Shown here: positions 9,904-18,465 of the stretch, piece after piece | Layout: each line of letters opens with the position of its first letter | How positions within the stretch are numbered: the first letter of the stretch is position 1 | DNA from: an uncultured Blautia sp. | Lineage (GTDB): Bacteria > Bacillota > Clostridia > Lachnospirales > Lachnospiraceae | Assembly: GCA_934372025.1 (NCBI GenBank) | Contig: CAKROJ010000009.1 | Coordinates: 760 to 64,759 of the forward strand | DNA length: 64,000 bases | Direction: 5' to 3' | Translations under genes and position numbers: made by a program | Notes under the pieces: generated by a model | Told to the model about the DNA's origin: nothing | The model's database searches: none | The model's input: only the letters and a program-made list of their open reading frames with translations

Positions 9904-9922
9904 AATAACAATTACTATTATT
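9904..9922. promoter_or_regulatory. Candidate Fur-family (PerR-like) operator
   Basis: AATAACAATTACTATTATT is an AT-rich quasi-palindrome between the promoter and the RBS. A related AATAACAATAATAATT (rc) sits at the same relative position before copy 2. It resembles the 7-1-7 TTATAAT-n-ATTATAA class of Fur/PerR boxes. Confidence 0.45.
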
Positions 9923-9959
9923 AAATAAAACAATTCAAAACGAAAAGGAGAATAAGATT

Positions 9960-10502
9960 ATGGCTAAATGGGTATGTAGTGTATGTGGATATGTTCATGA
10001 AGGTGACACAGCTCCGGAAGTATGTCCAGTATGTAAAGCACCTGCTTCTAAATTTACAAAACAGGATGAAAATATGACATGGGCTGCTGAGCACGTTGTT
10101 GGTGTTGCTCAGGGTGTCAGCGAAGACATCCTTGCTGATCTGAGAGCTAACTTCCAGGGTGAATGCTCTGAAGTTGGTATGTATCTTGCAATGGCAAGAG
10201 TTGCTCACAGAGAAGGTTATCCGGAGATCGGACTCTACTGGGAAAAAGCTGCTTACGAAGAAGCTGAACATGCTGCAAAATTCGCTGAACTTCTTGGCGA
10301 AGTTGTTACTGACAGCACAAAGAAAAATCTTGAGATGCGTGTAGAAGCTGAAAACGGTGCTACTGCCGGTAAATTCGACCTTGCAAAACGCGCAAAAGCC
10401 GCTAATCTTGATGCAATCCATGACACTGTTCACGAGATGGCAAGAGACGAGGCAAGACACGGCAAAGCATTCGCTGGTCTGCTTAAGAGATACTTCGGCT
10501 AA
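9960..10502 (+). CDS. rbr: Rubrerythrin with an N-terminal rubredoxin-like domain ('reverse' rubrerythrin), copy 1
   Basis: 180 aa. N-terminal CSVCGY..CPVCKAP rubredoxin-type knuckles are followed by a ferritin-like diiron domain (ExxH motifs EEAEHA and DEARHG). Confidence 0.9.
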   Translation: MAKWVCSVCGYVHEGDTAPEVCPVCKAPASKFTKQDENMTWAAEHVVGVAQGVSEDILADLRANFQGECSEVGMYLAMARVAHREGYPEIGLYWEKAAYEEAEHAAKFAELLGEVVTDSTKKNLEMRVEAENGATAGKFDLAKRAKAANLDAIHDTVHEMARDEARHGKAFAGLLKRYFG

Positions 10503-10534
10503 GCTACAAGCCGTCCATGAGGAAGTAGCATAGC

Positions 10535-10586
10535 GAATTCCGAATGGTACATGGCTTATAATAATTCCGAATGGTACATGACTTAT
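10535..10586 (+). repeat. 27-bp tandem direct repeat (x2) in the rbr1-perR spacer
   Basis: GAATTCCGAATGGTACATGGCTTATAAT is followed by AATTCCGAATGGTACATGACTTAT. The offset is 27 bp, and a TATAAT lies at 10557-10562. Confidence 0.8.
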
Positions 10587-10619
10587 GTAAAATATTAAAC
10601 CACAGAAAGGAAACGATAT

Positions 10620-11006
10620 ATGGCAGCACTGAAATACAGTCGCCAGAGAGAATCTATTAAAGAATTCCTTATGACGCGCAAAGATCATCCAACCGCAGAT
10701 GTTGTTTATGAAAATGTAAGAAAGATTTATCCCAACATCAGTCTGGGAACCGTATATCGTAACCTCTCTCTGTTATCTGAGCTTGGTGAGATCCAGAAAC
10801 TGTCCAATTTTGGCGGCGCAGATCATTTTGATGGCTGCGTTACCCCACACTGTCACTTCATGTGCAAGAAGTGTGGTGCAGTCCTTGATCTGGAAACAGA
10901 AGATATAAATTCATTTGCAGAGAAATCCGTCAAAGATTTCCCGGGCAAAATTCTGGAATGTGATATACGTTTTTTTGGAATCTGTCCAAACTGTGTGAAC
11001 AATTGA
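10620..11006 (+). CDS. perR: Fur-family transcriptional regulator, PerR-like
   Basis: 128 aa. Winged-helix ..TVYRNL.., HHF/DH metal ligands and two CxxC pairs (CKKCG, CPNC). It sits between two peroxide-stress rubrerythrin genes. Confidence 0.8.
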   Translation: MAALKYSRQRESIKEFLMTRKDHPTADVVYENVRKIYPNISLGTVYRNLSLLSELGEIQKLSNFGGADHFDGCVTPHCHFMCKKCGAVLDLETEDINSFAEKSVKDFPGKILECDIRFFGICPNCVNN

Positions 11007-11024
11007 TGTCTTTTTGGCACTTGC

Positions 11025-11053
11025 TTGACTTTAAACTTTTGATATGGTAGATT
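11025..11053 (+). promoter_or_regulatory. Putative sigma-A promoter of rubrerythrin copy 2
   Basis: TTGACT (11025-11030), 17 nt, then TGgTAGATT extended -10 (11045-11053). Confidence 0.5.
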
Positions 11054-11071
11054 GAAACTACAGTTATTGAA

Positions 11072-11087
11072 AATTATTATTGTTATT
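11072..11087. promoter_or_regulatory. Candidate Fur-family (PerR-like) operator, second site
   Basis: AATTATTATTGTTATT is the reverse complement of AATAACAATAATAATT and matches the site at 9904-9922. Confidence 0.45.
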
Positions 11088-11126
11088 AAACTAAACTAAC
11101 TTAAATTTGAAAAGGAGATTACGATT

Positions 11127-11672
11127 ATGGCAAAATGGGTATGTAGTGTATGTGGATACGTTCATGAAGGTGACACAGCTCCGGAAGTCTGTCCGGTATG
11201 TAAAGCACCTGCTTCTAAATTTACAAAACAGGATGAAAATATGACATGGGCTGCTGAGCACGTTGTTGGTGTTGCTCAGGGTGTCAGCGAAGACATCCTT
11301 GCTGATCTGAGAGCTAACTTCCAGGGTGAATGCTCTGAAGTTGGTATGTATCTTGCAATGGCAAGAGTTGCTCACAGAGAAGGTTATCCGGAAATCGGTC
11401 TTTACTGGGAAAAAGCTGCTTATGAAGAAGCTGAACATGCTGCAAAATTTGCTGAACTCCTTGGCGAAGTTGTTACTGACAGCACAAAGAAAAATCTTGA
11501 GATGCGTGTAGAAGCTGAGAACGGCGCTACTGCTGGTAAATTCGACCTTGCTAAACGTGCAAAAGCTGCTAACCTTGATGCAATCCATGACACTGTTCAT
11601 GAAATGGCAAGAGACGAAGCAAGACACGGAAAAGCATTCGCCGGTCTGCTTAAGAGATACTTCGGAGAATAA
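11127..11672 (+). CDS. rbr: Rubrerythrin with an N-terminal rubredoxin-like domain, copy 2
   Basis: 181 aa. The protein is identical to copy 1 over 180 residues plus one extra C-terminal Glu. Confidence 0.9.
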   Translation: MAKWVCSVCGYVHEGDTAPEVCPVCKAPASKFTKQDENMTWAAEHVVGVAQGVSEDILADLRANFQGECSEVGMYLAMARVAHREGYPEIGLYWEKAAYEEAEHAAKFAELLGEVVTDSTKKNLEMRVEAENGATAGKFDLAKRAKAANLDAIHDTVHEMARDEARHGKAFAGLLKRYFGE

Positions 11673-11709
11673 TTTCCATCAGAAAATCGTATAAAATAAA
11701 GCTTTTTAT

Positions 11710-11739
11710 GAGAGGGAATCACGAAAGTGGTTCCCTCTT
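11710..11739 (+). terminator. Weak terminator-like hairpin after rbr copy 2
   Basis: GAGAGGGAATCAC gaaa GTGGTTCCCTCTT. No clean T-run follows. Confidence 0.35.
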
Positions 11740-11792
11740 CATGCCATAATATTGTTGTTTTGTGAATCTTATTTATAAAGGAATAAAGTCAA

Positions 11793-12572
11793 ATGAAAAC
11801 TTACGAAGAATTACTTTTTGATATCGAAGATGACATGGAACTCATGGGTTCCTCTCATATAATTTATGTCCGGGAAGAAAACGGCATCCCCACAGACTAT
11901 GATTATCTCCCATCTGATTTTTATACCATTTCCAGGACATTAAAAGATCTTCAGGACGAGCTTCATCAGAGAATACTTTTTGAAAAAGCATCTGATTTTT
12001 CTGCCGAACATAACAAAAACGGCCAGAAACTGGCCATCATTTTCCCGGGTATCGGATATACTGCTGACAAGCCGCTCTTGTATTATAGCAGCAGACTTGC
12101 CAGACAATATAACTATCAGATACAGACTGTATCCTATCATTCACTTCCAGAAAATGTCAAAGGCGACCCAGCCAAGATGAAGCAGGCTTTTGACATTGCA
12201 TTCCGGCAGACTGAACAGTTTCTGCAGGAGATTGACTGGAATTCCTATGGAAGTATTCTTTTTATTTCCAAGAGCATCGGAACAGTTATTGCTTCTGCAT
12301 ATGCCTCTAGACACAATCTGACTGTAAAAAGCATCCTCTTTACTCCACTGGCAGAGACTTTTGATTTTTCACTTCCAGGAAGTATTGCTTTTCATGGCAC
12401 TGCAGATCCATGGGCAGAAACAAACTCCATATGTGCACTGGCTGAGCAAAAAGAAATTCCTCTTTTTCTCACCAAAAATGCGAATCATTCTCTGGAAACC
12501 GGCGATATTCAGAGAGATATTTTCAACCTGAAAACTACGCTGAAATATGTTGAAGATTTTATTCAGAAATAG
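11793..12572 (+). CDS. Alpha/beta-fold hydrolase
   Basis: 259 aa. Has a nucleophile-elbow-like SKSIG, plus FHGTADPW and NANHSLE, which fit the catalytic Asp/His regions of dienelactone-hydrolase-like esterases. Confidence 0.6.
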   Translation: MKTYEELLFDIEDDMELMGSSHIIYVREENGIPTDYDYLPSDFYTISRTLKDLQDELHQRILFEKASDFSAEHNKNGQKLAIIFPGIGYTADKPLLYYSSRLARQYNYQIQTVSYHSLPENVKGDPAKMKQAFDIAFRQTEQFLQEIDWNSYGSILFISKSIGTVIASAYASRHNLTVKSILFTPLAETFDFSLPGSIAFHGTADPWAETNSICALAEQKEIPLFLTKNANHSLETGDIQRDIFNLKTTLKYVEDFIQK

Positions 12573-12609
12573 TATTAACAGAAATAAATCTGTTTTGGTT
12601 TTTACTGTT

Positions 12610-13431
12610 TTAGTATTTCCACGGAATCTTTACACGATAAACTCTTGATAATCCATATGTTTTGTAAGATACACCATAGTTCTTGCTGTAACTTTTAGCC
12701 TGTGCAAAAAGCGGATCATATACCCGGCCATTAATCTCGGCCCATGCATGTGCATTGCGATTGCTCCGCTTTCCATCTGCACATACATAAACTTTTTCAT
12801 ATCCCAGTACTTTTGCCAGATAGGCAAAAGCAGATGCGTCCGCAACACAGTTTCCGCGTCCTCTTTCAAAATGGTCATTTGCATTTACAGCATACCACGC
12901 CTTGCCACCCTGATCAAACCGTCTCCATGTATGATAATATTTGCTCATTACCCAGTCAAAACATACCTTAAGTTTTTGACTTTTGGACATTTTGCTGTTG
13001 GTGATCTTGGCTACAATTTTTCTGGCATTCTGTGATGCGCGGAATTCATTTGTCTCATCTTTATTCAGACGTTTACCATTTGCATCATAATATGCCTTTC
13101 CTTTTTTCCAACCCAGTACTCTGCCATTCTTCTCTATGTAATAAGTAACCTTCTGATATGTCGTATTCTTCTTCTGCATAATTCCATTTTTATTAAAGAA
13201 ATATACAGTTTTACCGATTTTCTGGCGTCCGACAAGATACTTACCGTTTTTAAAATACTTCTTCTGCCCGTTTTTAAGCTTATACCAGCCATTTTGCGGT
13301 ATTTCTGAGGAAGCTGTCGTGCTTTTTGCAGGTGCTGCCTGTACAGCTGTTTCAGAATAAACTGGTGTCAGCAAAAGTGCCGAGCACAATACAACTGCCA
13401 TACATTTTTTGATTTTTTTCATGCTTTTCAT
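12610..13431 (-). CDS. Secreted transglutaminase-like cysteine peptidase-domain protein with putative cell-wall-binding repeats
   Basis: ORF 12610..13458. I chose the ATG at 13431, which follows GGAAGGAG. It has a signal peptide and GW/YF-type repeats (GWYKLKNGQKKYFKNGKYLVG..KTVYFFNKNGIM). The C-terminal core has Cys (GRGNCVADA), His (HAWAEI) and Asp (YDP). Confidence 0.65.
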   Translation of the reverse strand: MKSMKKIKKCMAVVLCSALLLTPVYSETAVQAAPAKSTTASSEIPQNGWYKLKNGQKKYFKNGKYLVGRQKIGKTVYFFNKNGIMQKKNTTYQKVTYYIEKNGRVLGWKKGKAYYDANGKRLNKDETNEFRASQNARKIVAKITNSKMSKSQKLKVCFDWVMSKYYHTWRRFDQGGKAWYAVNANDHFERGRGNCVADASAFAYLAKVLGYEKVYVCADGKRSNRNAHAWAEINGRVYDPLFAQAKSYSKNYGVSYKTYGLSRVYRVKIPWKY

Positions 13432-13503
13432 TTCTTTCTCCTTCCTGATCAGGCTCACTGATTTTACCTGGTTCTCATTGCCTGTTATGTTTTTTCTTTT
13501 TAT

Positions 13504-14508
13504 CTACTTCCCATACAGCACTGACGATGCTTCACCCAGGCGATTATAAAGCTTTACCGCATCATCAATATGTGGTGTACCTGTACCGGCTGCACCTGCT
13601 GTTACGAGAATGTATTCCACTCCGTCAATTTCAGCAAAACTTGCAAGGCAATGTCCTGCCTGACTGGTATATCCTGTCTTGCCGCCAAGAATTTTACCGT
13701 CGATCACGGACGGATCTGATAAATTCTTAAACATAGTACTGTAGAATGTGATTCCACCCGGATGGATATTTGTTCCTGCTGTGGAATGATACGGACTCTC
13801 AATAATCTCACGGAATGTACTGTTCTTTATTGCATACCGGAGTAAAATTGCAATGTCCTTTGCAGTACTGTAATGATCTTCTCTGTGAAGTCCTGAAATA
13901 GAACTGAAATGAGTACCTGTCATTCCAAGCTTTTCAGCTTTTTCGTTCATAAGAGTTACAAAATCACTTACTGAACCTGCAACCGTATCTGCCAATGCTA
14001 CGCAGCACTCTGCTCCGGACGGAAGCATAATCCCATACAGAAGATCAATTGCCTGTACCGTTTCATTTGGCTGAAATCCTGCCTGCATTGCATCCTGCAC
14101 ATAAAGATCCGCAACCATATCGTTAGTGATCGTAATCTCCTGATTCAGATTCTTAAGGTTCTCAATCGCAAGTATCGTGGTCATGATCTTGGTCATAGAA
14201 GCAGGATACATTTTCTCCTCGCTGTTAATGCTTCCTATCACCTGTCCGCTCTTCGCATTCATAAGCACTGCATAGGGACTGTTGATTCCTGTAATATCCA
14301 GTTCTTCAACTGCAGGCTTGCGGATACTGTTTACAAAATTTGTGATTCCTGTTCCCAGCCCCAGATTATGTCCCACGATCATTACAAGAACAAGAACTAC
14401 GATCAGTTCGGCAGCGATCAGACCTTTGAGTTTTCTTTTCTTTTTTCTTCGACCGTTGTTTCTTTTATTTCTTGTATTTGGAGTATCTCTACGTTTCTTC
14501 TCAGCCAT
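13504..14508 (-). CDS. Serine-type D-Ala-D-Ala carboxypeptidase (peptidase S11 / PBP5-like)
   Basis: 334 aa. Basic N-terminal tail plus a TM helix, SMTKIMT (SxxK), LPSGAE (SxN-like) and KTGYT (KTG). Confidence 0.85.
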   Translation of the reverse strand: MAEKKRRDTPNTRNKRNNGRRKKKRKLKGLIAAELIVVLVLVMIVGHNLGLGTGITNFVNSIRKPAVEELDITGINSPYAVLMNAKSGQVIGSINSEEKMYPASMTKIMTTILAIENLKNLNQEITITNDMVADLYVQDAMQAGFQPNETVQAIDLLYGIMLPSGAECCVALADTVAGSVSDFVTLMNEKAEKLGMTGTHFSSISGLHREDHYSTAKDIAILLRYAIKNSTFREIIESPYHSTAGTNIHPGGITFYSTMFKNLSDPSVIDGKILGGKTGYTSQAGHCLASFAEIDGVEYILVTAGAAGTGTPHIDDAVKLYNRLGEASSVLYGK

Positions 14509-14692
14509 ACCGACCCTTCTTTTCTGTTAAAATTCCGGTACTGCTCCATCCTGCGGCTCAGTTCTTTAATCGGAATCTCTTTCATTCTTTATATCTGTTA
14601 TTCTATCATATTACCACAAAAACCTGTAAAAAACTTTATTATTTTCTTAAGAAAAGAAGGGAACCCTGTGATGAAATATGTGTAAGAACGTA

Positions 14693-14900
14693 GGGGCGGG
14701 GGAGGGTGTATCCGGGAGTGGCAAAATTCATCAGTTCTAAAGTACTAAGGCCCTGGAATTTTGCTAAAAGCGATCATAAAAATGTCAAACTCGCTTCGCT
14801 CAGACAATGCCATTTTTATGCTCAACGCAAAATCCCATAACCTAAGTACTTTCACGAACTTCTTCAGGCTTCCCCCTCTCGGATACACCCTCTCCCCGCC
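14693..14900 (-). repeat. Long imperfect hairpin repeat, copy B (about 208 nt)
   Basis: GGGGCGGGGGAGGGTGTATCCGGGAG.. pairs with ..CTCTCGGATACACCCTCTCCCCGCC. The apex AAACTCGCTTCGCTCAGAC (14787-14805) is the reverse complement of CTGAGCGAAGCGAGTTT. It shares TATCCG..TGGCAA, AGTTCTAAA and AACGCA islands with copy A. Confidence 0.85.
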
Positions 14901-15038
14901 TCTAGCCCTTCCCACATACTCACGCACCAACCCTAGAAAATACGTGTTGGCTAGCTGCACCACTTCACAAGCACCTTCAAAGTTTCCACATATATTTCTC
15001 TTTATCAGATCTTTTCAGCGTGGCCAACAAGGGGGAGC

Positions 15039-15094
15039 CCGAGGGGGAACAGCGGCCTTCGCAACTGTGAGCGAGTTCCCCCTCGGATTTTTTT
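15039..15094 (+). terminator. Orphan plus-strand terminator-like hairpin carrying the family loop motif
   Basis: CCGAGGGGGAAC (15039-15050) .. GTTCCCCCTCGG (15075-15086) is followed by T7. The loop contains ACTGTGAGCGAGTT. No plus-strand gene lies upstream for about 2.4 kb. Confidence 0.6.
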
Positions 15095-15140
15095 CATATT
15101 TTCAAAAATAAAAATATATTAAAGAGAAAAATTAGGGAAA

Positions 15141-15171
15141 TAAAAAAGACACCCTTTTAAAGGATGTCTTT
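15141..15171 (-). terminator. Intrinsic terminator of the rplK-rplA operon
   Basis: Minus strand: AAAGACATCC tttaaaa GGGTGTCTTT, then TTTTAT. It lies 14 nt after the rplA stop. Confidence 0.8.
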
Positions 15172-15184
15172 TTCTCTCATTTAT

Positions 15185-15877
15185 TTAGGCGAATTTAACC
15201 GGGTTAACCTTCACACCAGGTCCCATTGTAGGTGTGAGAACAACACTCTTCAGGTACTGACCTTTCAGTGTGCTTGGTCTGGCTTTAACAATCGCCTCCA
15301 TCAGCGTCTGGAAGTTGTCGCTTAACTGTTCCTCAGTAAAGGAAGCTTTACCGATCGGAACATGGATGATATTGGTTTTGTCAAGACGGTATTCAATCTT
15401 ACCTGCTTTGATATCATTGATTGCTTTTGTAACGTCCATAGTTACTGTTCCAGCTTTCGGGTTCGGCATAAGACCTTTTGGTCCAAGTACACGACCAAGA
15501 CGTCCTACAACACCCATCATGTCTGGTGTAGCAACAACAACGTCGAAATCCAGCCATCCTTCATTCTGAATTCTCGGAATGAGATCATCTGCTCCTACGT
15601 AATCTGCTCCAGCTGCTTTAGCTTCTTCAGCTTTAGCGTCTTTAGCGAATACAAGAACACGAACTTTTTTACCAGTTCCGTGTGGCAGAACTACTGCTCC
15701 ACGAATCTGCTGATCTGCATGACGTCCATCACAGCCTGTACGGATATGAGCTTCGATAGTTTCGTCAAATTTTGCAACTGCAGATTTCTTTACAAGGCTG
15801 ATAGCTTCAGCGGTATCATATAATGTTGCGCGGTCTACTGCTTTAGCAGCTTCCACGTATTTCTTTCCTCGTTTCAT
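15185..15877 (-). CDS. rplA: 50S ribosomal protein L1
   Basis: ORF 15185..15919. The true start [12 protein letters not shown].. is at the ATG at 15877, preceded by GGAGG. The L1 sequence is canonical throughout. Confidence 0.95.
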   Translation of the reverse strand: MKRGKKYVEAAKAVDRATLYDTAEAISLVKKSAVAKFDETIEAHIRTGCDGRHADQQIRGAVVLPHGTGKKVRVLVFAKDAKAEEAKAAGADYVGADDLIPRIQNEGWLDFDVVVATPDMMGVVGRLGRVLGPKGLMPNPKAGTVTMDVTKAINDIKAGKIEYRLDKTNIIHVPIGKASFTEEQLSDNFQTLMEAIVKARPSTLKGQYLKSVVLTPTMGPGVKVNPVKFA

Positions 15878-15939
15878 TTCTATAACCTCCTGTGGTAATT
15901 GCGGGAATTTCCCTCCCACTCACTTCAATTAATTTTTTC

Positions 15940-16365
15940 TCAGTCTACGACTTCGATTCCCATACTTCTAGCAGTACCAGAGATCATGCTCATAGCTGCT
16001 TCAAGGGATGCTGCATTCAGGTCTTTCATTTTCAGTTCAGCGATTTCCTGAACCTGAGCTTTTGTTACTTTTGCAACCTTTGTTTTGTTCGGTACGCCGG
16101 AACCTGATTTGATGTTAGCTGCTTTCTTAAGAAGAACAGCTGCCGGCGGAGTTTTGGTTATGAAGCTGAAACTTCTGTCTGCATAAACAGTGATAACTAC
16201 AGGAATGATAAGATCTCCCTGATCTGCTGTTCTTGCATTAAACTCTTTTGTGAACTGTACAATGTTTACACCGTGCTGTCCAAGAGCCGGACCAACCGGT
16301 GGTGCTGGAGTTGCTTTACCAGCAGGAATCTGTAATTTAATATAGCCTGTTACTTTTTTTGCCAT
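15940..16365 (-). CDS. rplK: 50S ribosomal protein L11
   Basis: 141 aa, [35 protein letters not shown].. is canonical L11. Confidence 0.97.
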   Translation of the reverse strand: MAKKVTGYIKLQIPAGKATPAPPVGPALGQHGVNIVQFTKEFNARTADQGDLIIPVVITVYADRSFSFITKTPPAAVLLKKAANIKSGSGVPNKTKVAKVTKAQVQEIAELKMKDLNAASLEAAMSMISGTARSMGIEVVD

Positions 16366-16421
16366 TTTTCGGCACCTCCTATGTGGTATTGGCGGGGGTT
16401 CTTCCCTCCCACTTGAATGTG

Positions 16422-16937
16422 TTACGCTTTCTTAATTTCTGCGAAACTTATTTCTACCGGCGTTTCGCGGCCAAACAATTCAACATTGATGGTAACCGTC
16501 TGCTTCTGAGTGCTGATCGCAGTAATAACACCTGCTGTGTCTTTCCAGGCTCCGCCTGTTACAACAACCATGTCACCCTCTGCAAAATCCACCTGAATAT
16601 CGTCTGCTTTGATTCCCAGCGGAAGCATTTCCTCTTCGGTAAGCGGAACAGGTTTTGATCCCGGTCCTACGAATCCGGTTACGCCTCGGGTGTTGCGGAC
16701 AACATACCAGGTATCATCATTCATGACCATGTTGAGAAGCACATACCCAGGAAACATTTTCTTCTGGACCTGCTTGGCAGCGCCGTTACGCATTTCCACT
16801 ACGTCCTGCAGCGGAACGCGAACCTCCAGAATCTGGTCTTCCAGGTGTCTGTTTTCGATTGTTTTTTCAATGTTGGCTTTTACTTTGTTTTCATACCCTG
16901 AATAAGTATGAACAACATACCATTTTGCTTCTGACAT
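16422..16937 (-). CDS. nusG: Transcription termination/antitermination factor NusG
   Basis: 171 aa. [15 protein letters not shown] (NGN domain) and a C-terminal KOW motif ([18 protein letters not shown]). Confidence 0.95.
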   Translation of the reverse strand: MSEAKWYVVHTYSGYENKVKANIEKTIENRHLEDQILEVRVPLQDVVEMRNGAAKQVQKKMFPGYVLLNMVMNDDTWYVVRNTRGVTGFVGPGSKPVPLTEEEMLPLGIKADDIQVDFAEGDMVVVTGGAWKDTAGVITAISTQKQTVTINVELFGRETPVEISFAEIKKA

Positions 16938-16953
16938 ACAATCACCGTTATCC

Positions 16954-17163
16954 TTATTTCACTAAAAGATTTATTCCTTCCAGAATAGCTGAGTCAAATA
17001 CACTGATGATCACAGCAAGTACAACTGTAATGATTGTAACTGCTACGGTCTGCTTTGCAAGTGTGTTATTATCAACCCAGACAATCTTTTTGAATTCCGA
17101 TTGAAGTCCCTGAAACCAATTTTTCTTCTGACCTTTGCCAGCAGATTTTTCTTTCTCTTGCAT
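16954..17163 (-). CDS. secE: Preprotein translocase subunit SecE
   Basis: 69 aa with a single C-terminal TM and EFKKIVWVDNNTL. It occupies the conserved position between rpmG and nusG. Confidence 0.88.
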   Translation of the reverse strand: MQEKEKSAGKGQKKNWFQGLQSEFKKIVWVDNNTLAKQTVAVTIITVVLAVIISVFDSAILEGINLLVK

Positions 17164-17188
17164 AGTCTAACCTCACAATTCTATGTGA

Positions 17189-17338
17189 TTATTTTGTTTC
17201 CTTGTGCAGAGTATGGGTACGGCAGAACTTACAATATTTCTTTGTTTCAAGACGCTCAGGATGATTCTTTTTCTCCTTGGTCATATTGTAGTTACGCTGC
17301 TTGCACTCCGTACATGCCAATGTAATCTTAACGCGCAC
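17189..17338 (-). CDS. rpmG: 50S ribosomal protein L33
   Basis: Too short for the ORF track. My translation is (GTG)[57 protein letters not shown] lies 5 nt upstream of the GTG, and the gene is in the conserved rpmG-secE-nusG context. Confidence 0.88.
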   Translation of the reverse strand: MRVKITLACTECKQRNYNMTKEKKNHPERLETKKYCKFCRTHTLHKETK

Positions 17339-17427
17339 AACTTCCACCTCCAGTGTTTTCATTTGCGTGAGTCTTTTTTCCCTTTTTCAGGCATAAAAAA
17401 AAGACCTAACTTCCATGTCGCTTGTCT

Positions 17428-17457
17428 AGTTTAGCACAGTCACCCCGTATAAGTCAA
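17428..17457 (-). promoter_or_regulatory. Possible promoter of the rpmG-secE-nusG cluster
   Basis: Minus strand TTGACT (17457-17452), 18 nt, then TAAACT (17433-17428). Confidence 0.35.
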
Positions 17458-17675
17458 GCTTTTTCCTGCAAAACGCAGTGTTTCTCACAATTTTTTTTGA
17501 GTTTTCTTTATATAAGGAAAGAATTGTTAATATCCGACAAAATATTTCTTTTTTCTGCTCTAATATTTCTCTTGTCAACGTTCATTTCGTAGTGTATGAT
17601 AAATAAAGTCACAATCACAACCCTCAGATTACTGAGGGTTCTACAATTTAATAAGAAAATATAGGAGCGGATTTT

Positions 17676-18461
17676 ATGTTTAAACGATTTAGGGATGACA
17701 TGAAGAAGTACTGGAAATATGCCATCTACTCTTCTAAAGCCCAGCTGAAATCCGAAATAGCCAATTCCTACCTGAACTGGCTCTGGTGGATACTGGATCC
17801 CCTGTGCTTCATGCTGATCTATGTATTCATGTTCGGATATGTATTCAAATCAAGAGAACAGTATTTTGCAATCTTTATCTTTATCGGTATCACTCTCTGG
17901 GATTTCTTCAACAAAACTCTCATTCAGAGTGTTAAAGTCATTAAGACAAATAAGGCAATCGTATCCAAAGTTTATATACCGAAATTTATTCTCCTTGTTG
18001 TCAGGATGGGCGTTAACGGTTTCAAAATGTTCATTTCACTGCTCATCATTGTTGCCATGCTTGCGTTCTGGCGTGTACCGATAACATGGAATGTTCTTTA
18101 CACTGTTCCGATCCTGCTGACACTGGCAATTCTTGTTTTTGGTTTCGGATGTTTTCTGCTTCACTATGGTGTCTTTGTAGAAGACCTTTCCAATGTACTT
18201 AACATTGCTCTGCGTTTTCTTTTTTATCTGACCGGTATTTTCTGGAATATCATGGATAAACTCCCGGCACCGATCAACAGTTACATCGGAAAAGGAAATC
18301 CTATCGCATTTTTGTTAACATCCATGCGTCAGTGCCTGATCTACGGTAAAACACCACATCGCAAATTATTGCTTCTGTGGTTTGTCGTTGGTCTTATCAT
18401 CAGTATTCTGGGTGTTCGCAAAATTTACAAGAACGAAAACAGTTATGTAAAGGTGATTTAA
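17676..18461 (+). CDS. ABC-2 type polysaccharide / teichoic-acid export permease (TagG/Wzm-like)
   Basis: 261 aa with 6 predicted TM helices. The N-terminus has the typical ..YWKY..S..QLKSEIANSYLNWLWWILDP ABC-2 signature. Confidence 0.85.
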   Translation: MFKRFRDDMKKYWKYAIYSSKAQLKSEIANSYLNWLWWILDPLCFMLIYVFMFGYVFKSREQYFAIFIFIGITLWDFFNKTLIQSVKVIKTNKAIVSKVYIPKFILLVVRMGVNGFKMFISLLIIVAMLAFWRVPITWNVLYTVPILLTLAILVFGFGCFLLHYGVFVEDLSNVLNIALRFLFYLTGIFWNIMDKLPAPINSYIGKGNPIAFLLTSMRQCLIYGKTPHRKLLLLWFVVGLIISILGVRKIYKNENSYVKVI

Positions 18462-18465
18462 TAAT

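Noticed and set aside
14761-15111. 116-aa plus-strand ORF and 72-aa minus-strand ORF in the D,D-carboxypeptidase/rplA spacer.
   Set aside because: Both run through hairpin B and the orphan terminator hairpin. The sequence is low-complexity with no RBS. The region is better described as repeat or possible ncRNA.
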